64,000 bases of DNA from Girardia tigrina. Lineage: Eukaryota. The DNA lies in NCBI GenBank assembly GCA_001938485.1, contig MQRK01202524.1, positions 1 to 64,000 of the forward strand, given 5' to 3'. The notes beneath the pieces were generated by a model. It ran no database searches and had not been told where the DNA came from. It saw only the letters and a program-made list of their open reading frames with translations. Of the stretch, positions 12,612-25,220 are shown piece after piece. Positions within the stretch are counted from its first letter, which is position 1; the number at the start of each line of letters is the position of its first letter. A program made the position numbers and the translations under genes.

Positions 12612-14942
12612 TATCATTTTGTTACTTGATGATCTCATAAGAATAAAAGTCACAACTGTAATTTATTTTTACGATTTCTAGTTCAATTTAAATTGATGCA
12701 TTGAGGTTTCAACGATAAAAAATATCATAACAGGCATTCATACTGTGTTTTTTAACTGATATTCACAAAACAATCGGCCAAAGTTGTAGAGAAATATTTT
12801 ATCCCTCCTTCTCACACCTACCCTAAGTTTGTACCAAAGTTGATCCCACTAAATATCTTTTAAAAAGTAAAACCCCATAATTTTCCAATTATTCTGGTCA
12901 TAATAGAACCTTTTAGTGCTGTCTCAAAGAACGTTTGCATTTTCGCCGAACCCTTGTATTCAACTTACCCTTCACAAGTTACACTAAGTTGCTTTAAAAG
13001 CCTTACAAAACTACAATAATAATTTTTCCTTTCTAAGAGACAAACCGAAATGGCTCATGCTCTGAAATCTCGCACACTTGCATCCAAAGCCGTGTGACAG
13101 GATCAGAGACTCTTGTCTTTTTTTACGTTTCTACATGTTGCAAAATCTATGATTCACTGCCATATGCGCCAATGCTGAGTATCGTAGTTTCATGAGTGTA
13201 CACAGTTATTCGTAACAGTTGGGGTGTTACGAATACATTTATAAGTGTTTCAATTAATATGGCAGATAGTAAATTTGCAAATAGTCTTATACTTTGTATT
13301 GAGCTACTTCTGGGAAAATATTTTTTAACCTATCATTATATTATGGTGTCTTTCATGATTGAGAATTTATCTGATAGATATTTGTTGAATTCTGGTATTG
13401 AAAAATCTATTTCATCTCCAGACTAAAAAGCTCATATTTTGATTAGAAGGTTTTTAAGAATTTCTACCCGAAATCCTAAGATTTTTCTCACTCCTTTTTC
13501 ACTATTGTCGCTTATTTTTCTAAAGTTCTGAAAGTTAAAATATATTTTTCTATCAGATCACAGCTGTATACATATTGGAAGTCCCGCAGAAAGTAATAAT
13601 TTCGATTGATCACTAACATTTACAATTACAATATTTTGTACGTAGAAATTCTTTAATAATAATATCCTACATTTAGAAAAGATTAGGATGTTAAATCTTA
13701 AAAAGCAAATTTCAAATTTATAAAATTTTTATTATTATAAATAATAAAGTGAAACACAACTCAATGTATATGTGACACTTCTAAAAGATAATTTCGTATA
13801 CATTTCATTGTTTCAAAATAATTGAAATATTATATAAATAATATTATATAAAACAGTATTAAAAAACAAATATTTTTTGTTTTAAAAAGCACGTTCTAAA
13901 ATTTTTAAAACGTGTTTTCATAAATTAATTAAGAAAACCGGATGCTCGATAATTGGGTCGCATCCGAAAATATAAAATTTTGAAATATTTTGCAAAGAAA
14001 AATAATTTTAAAAAAGTAATTGTTACAAAAATATATTTGTAATCGACAAGCATCTTATAAATTATATTATTAATAATAGTAAAAAAAAATAATTGTAACA
14101 AACTATCATTACAATTTTTAATACAATATTTTCCATTAAATTTTTTCTCATTTTTTTAATAAAAAAAGATTTTCTTTCACTAATAAAGGATAAAATTGTC
14201 ACAATGAATTACATGTGTATTTTATTTTATATTTTTTCAAGAATATTTGAATTAATAAAAAATATTTTATTTATATTATTTATATATTCATATTTTTTAT
14301 ATTTAAGTGTTACGATAAATAAATTACTATCGATTTATATTTCTATTTCATGCCTCAATTAAAGAATATAAAGGATCCATAATAATATTATATTGACTAA
14401 TCAAATTGTTTTAATCAATTAAAATACAAAATATATTAAATAAACAGTAAAGGTTTGTAATTATTAATAAACGTTTACTTGAATTTTATCTTCGAATAAA
14501 TACTGATAAATACTTAAAATAAAATAAATAATTTTTACAGATTATCAACTAAAATAATACATATAACTGTTTGATTTGAAAGCGAATTGAAATATTTTTT
14601 GTGGAGATATTTTGATATCGTCTCTTGGTTGATCAATTCAAAGTGGTGATAAAAATCACATCGAATTGGCCAATCGAGTGATTGGCTTTGTTATGTTATA
14701 GTCATTTTGATTGGAGTATGTATGTTAAAAGAATGAAATCTTGGCAAATGTGTTTGGTGTGCCTGTGTGTGTCTCCATTTGGTGAAAATTGATTTTCGTG
14801 TTCATATCGTCACAAATAAAACAAACAAAAAATAAGTGTGTCAAGTTGTTTTGTTAAATCAATAAAATTTGTTAAAACGATCTCGATTTCTTTCTAATGG
14901 TAAATAACTCCAATAAATCGTGTTTTCTATAATATTAAAAAA

Positions 14943-15269
14943 ATGGGTAAAATTTTTGCTCTCATCGAACAAGCACTCGGTTATGCTTTATTACTGGCGA
15001 AAAATTGCAAATCAGCCGACGATTTACTTAATTTATTAAAAGAAAGAAATCTAAAAAAAACTCGTCTCAGAAATTGAATTAGTAAATTTCCATCAATTTG
15101 ATTAACGCTGCGAGATGTTGTACGGACATTGCCATCGAAATCGTGTCAGACGATTTACGCGAATTATTGGTGTGAGGAATGTTTTGAATTGTGTGTTGAT
15201 ATTGTGGATGTTTATGTTGATTCGGAATGTGCCTCTCCTACACAGATGGATGATTGGTATTTTCTTTGA
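14943..15269 (+). pseudogene. Decayed short ORF of unknown repeated family, preceded by CCAAT-box cluster (14665-14715)
   Basis: MGKIFALIEQ...LLNLLKERNLKK...YWCEEC...SPTQMDDWYFL* with two internal stops. Start context and LKERNL/IKQRNI segment resemble the copy at 22543. Confidence 0.4.
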
Positions 15270-15702
15270 TTCCTACTAATTAAAAATAATTTAATTTTAA
15301 AGTAAAAAGATTTAAAAAAATTTTTGAATGTATTATTTATTTTTTAATGTAATTTAAAATTTTAATATATTAATTTAATATTTCTTTTTTTAAAAAATGT
15401 TTAGATTTAATTTTAACCAATTAGATTCTTTATAATTAATAATTTTTATTAACAGATTTTCATTTATTGAAAATAATTAGCATGAACTCAGAAATATATT
15501 GATCAAGAGGGATGTCAAATAGTTAATGCACTTGTGATATTAATAAATGTTGTAAAACTCATATTGATGTTGTTAATATTTGGTCAACAATCTAAGCAAA
15601 AAAAGTTTAATATGGAGACACGGTTTCCACAGATCTATTATGTCTAGAGATATTACAATAGTATCCCGCTGAGACGAGTGGAGCTATACTCATTAAAATA
15701 AT

Positions 15703-15705
<3 letters not shown>

Positions 15706-15747
<42 letters not shown>

Positions 15748-15797
15748 NNNNNNNNNNNNNNNNNNNNNNNNNNNNNNNNNNNNNNNNNNNNNNNNNN

Positions 15798-15854
<57 letters not shown>
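15706..15854. repeat. (TA)n/(TG)n microsatellite spanning an assembly gap; similar tracts at 1-48, 9043-9076, 17129-17170, 43913-44013, 51761-51905, 52385-52409, 60972-61091
   Basis: Direct reading. Confidence 0.95.
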
Positions 15855-15855
<1 letters not shown>

Positions 15856-17124
15856 TTTGGTCAATATCCTTGGGAATATATCGCATTACAATAAAAGAAC
15901 CAGTAGGTAATTTTGTCTATCTATGAAGAATCCCTTACTGATACTATGATCGTAGAATAATTTTGAAACCCAAAGAGTATGATCTGACCACAATACCACC
16001 CAAATTAACAGCTGATAATAATAAAAATATTAGATAGACTAAACAATTATATTATCAAAACTCTAACATAACTGCTTGTGACTTAAATTACTATAAATGT
16101 CAAAAGATGTTTGTACTGCAAATAAGGAGTTAATAGCCGAGAAAATTATGGAGGGTAAATTGTTAATACCGTAATTAATAAAATGGAGAATTCTTTGGGC
16201 AATTTGAGTTAAGGAAAATGTGAATAACTTGACACAAAATATTGGATTATAGTTGATAAGAATATAGAGGCGATACTATTACGGACAACTGAATCGAAGT
16301 CGGGCATACCAAATGTGGTGTTGATTAATACGAAAATTCAGTAATTTTGATAAGCGCAGATCATAAACTGTAGTGTAGTTATATAATGGAATTTAAATTT
16401 GTGCAGTATTATCTTCACTAGATTTCGTACATGATTACCGAACAAATTATTCATTTATTAACTATAACAAAAGATTTTCGCTACCGTATACAAAAATCAA
16501 ACGAAATTTAGTTTTTCTTATAAATATAAATCCGGAATTTTGATATGGAATTTTATGACGAGATCTTTCACTAAAATTTCGATTTATTAAAATTAAAATT
16601 TTTCAAATCTAATTTCCCATATAAACAAAATCTGAGAACAATTTTCTTCGTAAAATTTCGAAGCAAAAATCCTCACCGTAATTTCAATGAGGAAACTACA
16701 GAAATATTTTATCACACAAAAATTCGGTTGTTTAAATATTCAGAATTAGAAATCAGAATATTTTGAATTAAGTAATTTTTTAATCGAATGATCAGCTGAT
16801 TGTCAGGTGACTGAACCGGATTGGAATTATCGAACCGATGTCAGAATGGGTTAGTCGTCATAAACAGTTGCGGTAAGTTAAATACATTATTAATACATAT
16901 ACATTATTAAATATTGATTTTTATTTTTTTTGATTAATTTAACTTTTATTTAAAATTTTATTGAAATCCGCAATGAATCTTTGTAAAAAAATATTAAAAA
17001 AAATCTAAAAAAGTATTTTTAATTTTTTCAGCTTATTTAAAATTTTATTAAAAAGCAAAATGAATATTTGTTAAGAAAATATTAAAATTTTTTTTAGTTT
17101 TTATAGCCGTCAAAATGTGGCATT

Positions 17125-17174
<50 letters not shown>

Positions 17175-17399
17175 TTTTATTTTAAATCTGTTGATGACTG
17201 TAGCACGTAAACTACAATGTCGATTGCTGTCAGCCTAAATGGTGAATGACTTACGTAGCGTTTGAAGTGATTAACTATCTACTGTTCTGTCGAAAATCTT
17301 CTGAAAACTGTGTATTGAAAAAATAATAATGATGAATTTAAGACAAGTCACTAATAAACTTTTTTATTTTAGAGCATAACAAATCAATCAACAATTGTC

Positions 17400-18401
17400 A
17401 ATCAATCTCCGAAGATGTCATGTTTTAGAAGACATTTTGCCAAGAATTTACGACAATGTCGAAAATAGTTGGATAAATCTTTGTAATCATCCTTTTTAAC
17501 TTCTTTGATTTTTGTCTCCAGAGATAAATCCTTTCAGCATGCGTTAAATTTAAGAGTTCCCTATTCATCGACATTTGACTTCTGATGTTTCCCTTCAGTT
17601 TGGCAAAAACAATTTCAATTTATCGTTTATCAAACGATAATTGCCATCTGGGAGCTTTGATGATAGCTCCTCAATGAAATCTTGGTACACTTCATGGTTG
17701 ATCCTACCGGGGACCACTCTAAAATTTATTGGGCCAAATTTCCAAATGGCCATTATCATTGAAATATTTCTACCTCGATTTGTCGGAACGATTACATTAC
17801 CGGAACTCCTTTCTTGGATCTGACATTCAATCTCTGGGTCCAAAGATTGAAACCCACCTCATCTATGAATACACACTCATGCGTTCTCCAGCCTTCTTCG
17901 ATTAATCTGAGTGCGTATTCATATTGGGATTGTTTCACTAACTCGGAGTTGTGATTTTCGACACAGGTTTTTGCTTTTTTGAATGTTAATAATTGACCTT
18001 CCAAATATCTGGAGATGGTGCTTCTGGATATTGTCACATTTTTTGATTGCATCAAAAATAATCTTATTTCTCGCAAAAAATAGGTGGGATTATCGTCCAC
18101 AAAATCCACGATTTTCTTACCGATCTACGGGGATATTAAATGCTTTTTATTACCACCATGCTTTCCGACCGTTACATGACCATATTTGGTATATCTGTAG
18201 ATTACAGCCCTGGCTGTTGACTTGGTAATATTCATATGATCAGCCAAGAGGATATAATCTTGTCCTTTAATGTACGCCGATACAATTCTCTCTTTGTCAT
18301 TCTTGGAAACTCTGAAAAATGAGGAAATAAATCAAGTAAAAAGTTTAAACATCTTACGATTTTCGTTTCTTTTTAGCATGAATGTCATGAGAAACATCCA
18401 T
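17400..18401 (-). mobile_element. IS630/Tc1-family transposase pseudogene with a 46-nt intron (18312-18357)
   Basis: MDVSHDIHAKKKRK|SVSKNDKERIV...HTH...TISRSTISRYL...VFIDEVGFNL...RGRNISMIMAI. GT-AG splicing restores the frame. Confidence 0.8.
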
Positions 18402-18879
18402 TGCTGGGTCAAAAAATCATTTTTTTTAATTTTTCTGAGATACTGCTGTTAAAGAGCCTCAAATTGTTAAATGCCCCTAAAATTTTGTGTGTTTTGATGT
18501 TTGTATGTATGTATATATGTGTGTATTTATGAGTATATGCTTATGTGAGTGTGTGTAACTTAAATTCCTATAGTAAATGTTATTGTTAAAAGATCTTCAA
18601 CTATTATTTTATTGGATAATTATATTCAACCAATTTTTTTAAGGTTAGAATTTCGTATCCTGCTGTTGTTAAATGAAATGAACTGTAGTACAACAAGTAT
18701 ATTGGCAGAATTATATGATCATAAAATGTTTAGCTCATCATTTTTATGCATAATCGAAAAAGAATAAACATTGAAAGATACGGTAAAATGCGTTTAATGA
18801 TTGTTAAACGTTTACTACAAATAATGAAACTAAACATTTAAACGGACGTTTAACCGTTAAACGTTCCGACCTCTACTCG

Positions 18880-19450
18880 TGAAGCAAGATTGGAAATAAC
18901 CTGTTTACCAATCACGGCTGCTTTTTTGAGTTTCAACATCATATCTTCCAATCGCAGTTATTCGCAACTTGCAGTAAACATCTGTTAGGATAGACGAACC
19001 AGGTTTCATGAAGTTATAATAAATTACATCTGCGACAGACCAACAAACACTAACCATAATCTTCTTTTGATGAATGTTGTGCTTTGAAGTGTGTTTTGGT
19101 GCTTCATTCGTGCTGAATTTTTGCGATGATCCTATTGGATCATCTTTTCATCACAAGTAACGATTCGATTCAAAAGGTGAACACATTTATAACGAGAAAG
19201 CATCACCAAGGAAACATTCAAAACGCTTTTGTTTCTGCGCTTTATTCAACTCATGTGGAATCTACTAATTCAAATTTTTTACCTTACAAAAGCAAGCCAA
19301 GTGATTTAACATCGTTTGCTTTGTACCAACAAACGTTACCGATAAATCATGAACAATTTGTGATAAATCCGACTCCATGGTTGATTTCAGTTTGGGATAG
19401 TCTACCAGTGTTCCTGGGCCATCTCGAGACTCAAAATTGAGATTAGAATT
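18880..19450 (-). mobile_element. Decayed mariner remnant
   Basis: Minus-strand traces of GRP, W(V)PHEL, RIVT.DEK.I.Y, HQKKIMVSVCWS. Confidence 0.65.
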
Positions 19451-20314
19451 ACCGTTCGCAAATTAAGTTATCAATAATTTTAATCAATTTTTATTGATGT
19501 GTTCAATAGTCAAGATATGTAACAATCAAAATGTTAATCCATTGTCAAATTATAAATATTTGAATTAGTTGTATTCGTGCCTAATAATTTCATATTTGAC
19601 ATCATAATATTTTAGGAAGAGACTTTATAAGTTGAGTAATCAAGAAATAAGGGTTGTAAGTGACGTGATCTTTAGTAGACTAATGTAAGTACAATTTTCA
19701 AATAATATAAAGTATGGATTTTGTTGGGTTCTTGATCAAGATTATAATTCATTAACACCAAAATTTTTATTTATAACACAAATAACAATTATTTAAACCA
19801 TTTTTCATCGAGGAACTTTTCTTCGTTTTCTTTTTGACCAGATTCTTTATATATAAAAATATGGAATTATAAATACTGATAAGCTATTTTAAAATTGAAT
19901 TTTTTTTATTCTCCTCACTTTGAAAATTTACATTCCACTACTTTATGCAATTTAATTTAAATTAAAATCAACATAATTTATTTTAGTCATACTTTTACTA
20001 AATTTACAAAAATGATTTTTTATTATTTTAAAATTAGATTAATGTTATTTTATTTTATTTGTGAAAACGTTTTAATTAATAAAAGATTTAACATTTTATT
20101 TATTATCAATATTTCAATTTAAAAGCATTTTATTACATACAATTATTTAAATACAAAAAATAATTTACAATATTTAAATTTATTATTATTACTATCCATT
20201 AATGATAGCAGTTTTAATTTTTATTTTTTACGAAAACTGTTTAGAATTAAGTATTTGTCAAATCTTTGATTTGCAAAATTTCAAACTGACTTTAAAATTA
20301 TCTGTTTTTTTAAA

Positions 20315-20968
20315 TTACATCTCTGGCAACAAAAATTTTATTACTTTATTTTTCAGAATAACTTTTAAATACAAAACATAATTATCCTTGTTTTTATACA
20401 TTTCTTTTAAATCAATTATTGATAACGGAACGGGAGCAGTGGTTTTGTGGCTGCGGCGCGAAGGCGTTGAGAGGCGGAATTCGGGTCGCGGGGAGGAAAA
20501 AGAACTTATATCACCCCGTTGTTTGGTGGAGATCTCATCATCAATCTTCTTCATCCGACTTTCCTACGGAAATTCTGATTGAAATCGTTCGATTTCTGTT
20601 CGCAACGAATCGTTTTTGGATTTTTCGTTTAATTCGACAATTTTTGATTTTAAATTCGAATTTCCTTCAGTAATCAATTGGAAATTTTAGTAATTTTCAT
20701 TCGCTATTCAATTGCGTTCGTCGTTGACAATTCGATTGTTTAATCCGTCAATTTGTTGCGGCAGATTCGAATTTTTATTCTTCAAATTGAGAACTTCGTC
20801 CAAATTGGATGATTCGAATTCCGATAATCGTTCAATTTGATTGATTAATTGTTGATTTTCGAGAGATTTCGATTCGATTTGAACGTTTCATTTTGAATTT
20901 TCTTTATTAATTCGTTTTTCTTTGATAATCATTCCTTTGAGTTTCTTATTCTTTTCTTCGTCACTCAT
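20315..20968 (-). pseudogene. Decayed coiled-coil-rich ORF of unknown family
   Basis: MSDEEKNKKLK...ENQQLINQIERLSEFE...RRSHKTTAPVPLSIID...; E/N/K/Q-rich with several stops. Its 3' GC-rich block is homologous to 23360-23435. Confidence 0.45.
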
Positions 20969-22542
20969 CTTAGATTTGAACGGTTATTCTGTTCGACTTA
21001 TAATTTATGATAATTTGGATAAAAATAATTGCAAAAAACATAAAGATAGAAATCGTGAAAAAATTTGGCTTGTAGAAATCAAATTGTTGACAAAAATGCC
21101 AATTAACAGATTGAATAATAATTGAAATAAACAAAAGTTAAAAATATTCGCGCCAATAATCTTTATTTTGATTAATTCAAACAAATACAGAAAAATTAAT
21201 AAATTCGATTCGATATTTTCGCATAATAAATTTGATTCGAAATTTTTTTTAAATTAGACCATGTCAAACAAAATCAATTCTGGTCAATCAATCGATGAAA
21301 ATTTTTTAAACACAATGGCTTCTTTTTTCGTTTTAAATTTTTTATTTAATTTCTTTCTCTTTTAAATATTAATTTTTATTTAATTAATTTTTATAAAGAA
21401 TGAAAATATATAAAAAACTCAATTATACAAAAAAAGTTAAATCAGTGACTCTGCTTGCTTCTCATTATAATTGAAGACGTTATTTCATTGTGTGTTTTTC
21501 GAACAAAGAATTTCGAATCGTTGTTTGCCGAAATGATAAAATACTGATCGAATTACTGACTGAATTGTTTTGAACTCAATTACTCATTTAAATTGTGGCG
21601 AATTTTTGAAAATCAATTTTTCATTTTGTTAAAGTGACAATTTTGCTTTGGAATCAATTCACAATTTACGACTTTGATTTATTTTGTTGAGACGATATCG
21701 ATATTTTTTGTTTGTTGAAAATCAAATTTAGTACTGTTATTCAATTCTTCAGTCAGTATTGAAACTTTCCGAATCACGATTTTGAGTGCAAAAATTTACT
21801 TTCGGTTTGTTTGATTGTAAAAGGCGTAGGGGATCAAACCAACAACAGCAACAACAACAAAAACGAATTTTTTCTTTTTTTTGCGTATTTACATGATCAT
21901 TATCCTGGAATTTTGCAAATATTAATCTCTAATTACTTTGCCAGATGAAAGACGGACAAATTTTTGATCCAGAAATGGATCTGTATGAATTAATTTACAC
22001 ATAATCTGTTAAAAAATCTTGAAGGTTAAGATTACTAATTATTTAGTGTGATCTGAGGAATGGACGTTCACATACTTTTAACAGATTTTTTAATTAACTC
22101 AATTGCTTTTTCTTTTCAGAAGCCATTTTTAGAACATTTTTATGAATCTTACGAGCTTTATGACTTTCCTTTATTTAGAAAAAATAAATGTTTGTTTAAA
22201 ATTAAATAAATAAAAATTATCAATTTAATAAAAAATCAATGTCTCAAAAATGTCAAAATAAAAAAATCAGATATTTTAAAAAAACCACATCGGGGTTATT
22301 CATTCTGTTCCTTTGATTGGCTAAGATTATTTGTCACAGTGATTGTAATTGGTCCGTCTGAATTTTCTTAGATCTAGTTTTTTTGTTATCATGTGTGGTC
22401 ATTTGTGATGATTGTTTTTGAGCAAGAATTTGAATTTGTAAAAAAGAAGTTTTGTAGTTTAGAAAATATCTCATATTTGTAATATAAAGAAATTTGGGTT
22501 CGAAAGTGTCGATTTTTTATTGTGTTTTATCGTGATAAAAAA

Positions 22543-23435
22543 ATGGTCTAAAAGATTGAAACGTACATTTAAAAAATAAATAAATTGTTGTTGGAAACGA
22601 TTACCATCTGTTGTCTTTTGAATTTTGATCGAAATTTTTGGTTAATGATGATCAAACAACGAAATATTAGACTAAATCAAAAGGCGATTTATGACACTTG
22701 CATGGCAAACGAAGTCAGTGAGATAATTCCGTGTAAAAAAATCACTCATTTCTATTCAAATCAAATTGGAGTAAATCCTTGTCTTTATATATTTCTTTTA
22801 AATTAATTATTTAAAAATCCATTATTTCCCAATTAATTTCATTTTAAGTTTTTACTCTACAATTAAAATTCGATTATTTCCGAAAATAACTTTGTAAAAT
22901 TAATTAAGATATATTTTTACATTATAATTGCTTAGAAAACTTTTGATTTTAAATATTCCCTTATTTTAGAAAATTCTTTATAAAAATTAGTTGTTTCAAA
23001 AATTTTTAGTGAGCAATGATATTAAAACGGGATGTGATGAGTACGGCGTCTCCCACTTTGAACTCGATGAATCGAGCGCTGTTGAGAAGTGTAACTAGTG
23101 AAATGACTGGGGCATTTGTTTATGTGATTCAGTCAGTTCCGTCGGTTTACGTTCCTCAAGTGGATGACTGTGAACCAGTTTTGGAATCTTTTGATGAGAA
23201 TTTAGACACGTGGTTTGGAGAATCGGTGGTCGATTCTCATAGTTCAAGTAATTTAACAGAAGTTGAACGGATGGAGTCGGAACATCCATTAGTAAATCGA
23301 ATTCAGTACTTTGGGATTGCCTTGACTATGAGTGTTATTTGGGTGAGAAACCGTTGAATCTTCCCCTTTGACCCGCAATCCTTCTCCCAACGTCAACGCA
23401 CCGCAGCCACGAAACTACTGCGCCCGCTTTGTCAT
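22543..23435 (+). pseudogene. Decayed, probably two-exon ORF of unknown family, preceded by CCAAT boxes (22315-22352)
   Basis: ORF pieces 22585-22770 and 23016-23357 separated by an AT-rich GT..AG segment. The tail encodes RSHETTAP. Confidence 0.4.
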
Positions 23436-24136
23436 AAATATATTATAAAAATCATTCAATCATCACTTGACATCATTCAAACATCATTCCAATGTCCCTC
23501 ACAATTAACATTAGTAAACTAAGCTTAAATTTATAGATTAATCTACAAATTTACCTTAAATTTATTTCTTATGTTATAAATTAAGGTTCTTACGAAAAAA
23601 ACCAAAGTGTTTTGTTATTCGTTTTTCATTCATCAAATTTGTATCATTATTTGTTTATTGAAATTATAAAAAATTTTAGTTACACTTTCAGTATGTCATT
23701 TTTACTACATTTTACAAAATTAACTTTGACAATCTGTCAAAAAGCATTATTTTCATATGGATAAAATACAATAAGGATTTAGACATATAATACGATTTAT
23801 TCTAATATTTAAATAAAGTAATGACAAATGTGATCTATTATAGATACAATGATGTGATGACAAAACATAATATCTTTCTTTTTGTTCATCCTTCGTTAAA
23901 CATAATTCAAGAATGTGTATAAAGCCATTCATATTTTATGAATACTTAAATAATAAAATTAGAAGTTGAGCAGTAAATTTCTCCTTGAGAGGCTATATTA
24001 ATTCAGTAAAGTTTAATGTACTAAGTACTTAAGTAAAAATATTATTGTGTTCATGATGAAATCGTCAAGGTTGCTTTTCGGCCTACAGAGATTTCTTGTT
24101 TATTCTAGATTTTAGAACCCGATTAGAACTCAACTA

Positions 24137-24309
24137 CAGTGAAACCCGCTAGCCAGATTTGGTCACTATAACCGGCTGGTCATTATAACTGAAGTTCTGT
24201 TTATAAGTCGCAGTCAGCGCCATAGCATACATTAAAGGTTGCTGCAAATACAGTGCGTACATCAAGGTGGTCACTCTTAAGCGGTGACCACTATAAGCGG
24301 CTTTCACTG
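24137..24309. mobile_element. pogo/Tigger-type MITE
   Basis: ta|cagtgaaacccgct...agcggctttcactg|ta with internal repeats of the cactataa(c/g)cgg motif. Confidence 0.75.
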
Positions 24310-24399
24310 TAATTGTTTTGTCAAAAATTACAAGAGAGTTATAGCCTCTTTCTTATCTGAACATCTTTCTATAACTTAAGTATATCTACTTAAAAAAAT

Positions 24400-25220
24400 T
24401 ACTCTTGCCCCGATGTACAAAAGACATTCAACATTCATATCCTTTGTATAATATTCAGTGCTTGATCTTCCATTCAATTTGTCATGTCTAAGATTCAGCT
24501 TTTATATTTTAAACATTTATTCCTTTTTTCAACCTTTTTGATTTTGTCTTTATCTCTATTAAAATAGTCTGTATTCTTCTTTGCAACAATCTAATTCGCA
24601 AAATTTCTAGAGCAGTATATTGCAACACACAATCACACATACAGTCACACATGCCTATAAATACACAATTTCACACACACTAACACATAAAAAAACATTT
24701 TTACTTTTTAATGAATCATCACTTCTCCTTGTGATCGAGCATTCTTCGTTTCCCTGGTCTTTGTCATACGTAATTATATGTAAACAATTGTGCCGCAAGT
24801 TTCTTTCATTTGATCGTGTTTCTTCGCATTCTTTCTAATTGTTGTGATCATGCATTTTTGCAATATTATATCTTCCATTTTGAGGTTTCAGTTGATTTTG
24901 TGGATTGTTTGTTTTTTTTCATTGATTTTTTTCCGATGTCTTGGTCTGTTTCGTTAAATCTATTCTTGTTCATGTAGCACTATGCTCTCATGTGGCCATT
25001 TTTGTCACAATAAGAACAGTTTATATTCGGTTAATATCTTCTTGTGAGTCTTTCTTCGTGGCATTTCCAGCATTCCTTAACTTTTAAATAGTTCTTTTTT
25101 GGTTTGTATTTATCATTTCTTTGATTACTGTATCTATTTTTGAAATTTTTTTTCGGTTCGTTCTTTATATTGTGATTTACGTTTTCTATCGTTTTCTATT
25201 TGTCATTTTTTTCAAAGACA
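24400..25220 (-). mobile_element. Decayed Gypsy gag-pro junction, same family as 45800-48527
   Basis: Zn-knuckle traces (ECWKCHEE...) and a conserved gggaaac...gatcacaaggagaagtgat junction followed by a TG-rich leader. Confidence 0.7.

Noticed and set aside
15607-15926. YIYIYI ORFs (also 51679-51925 and 60955-61137)
   Set aside because: Translations of (TA)n tracts and N-gaps.
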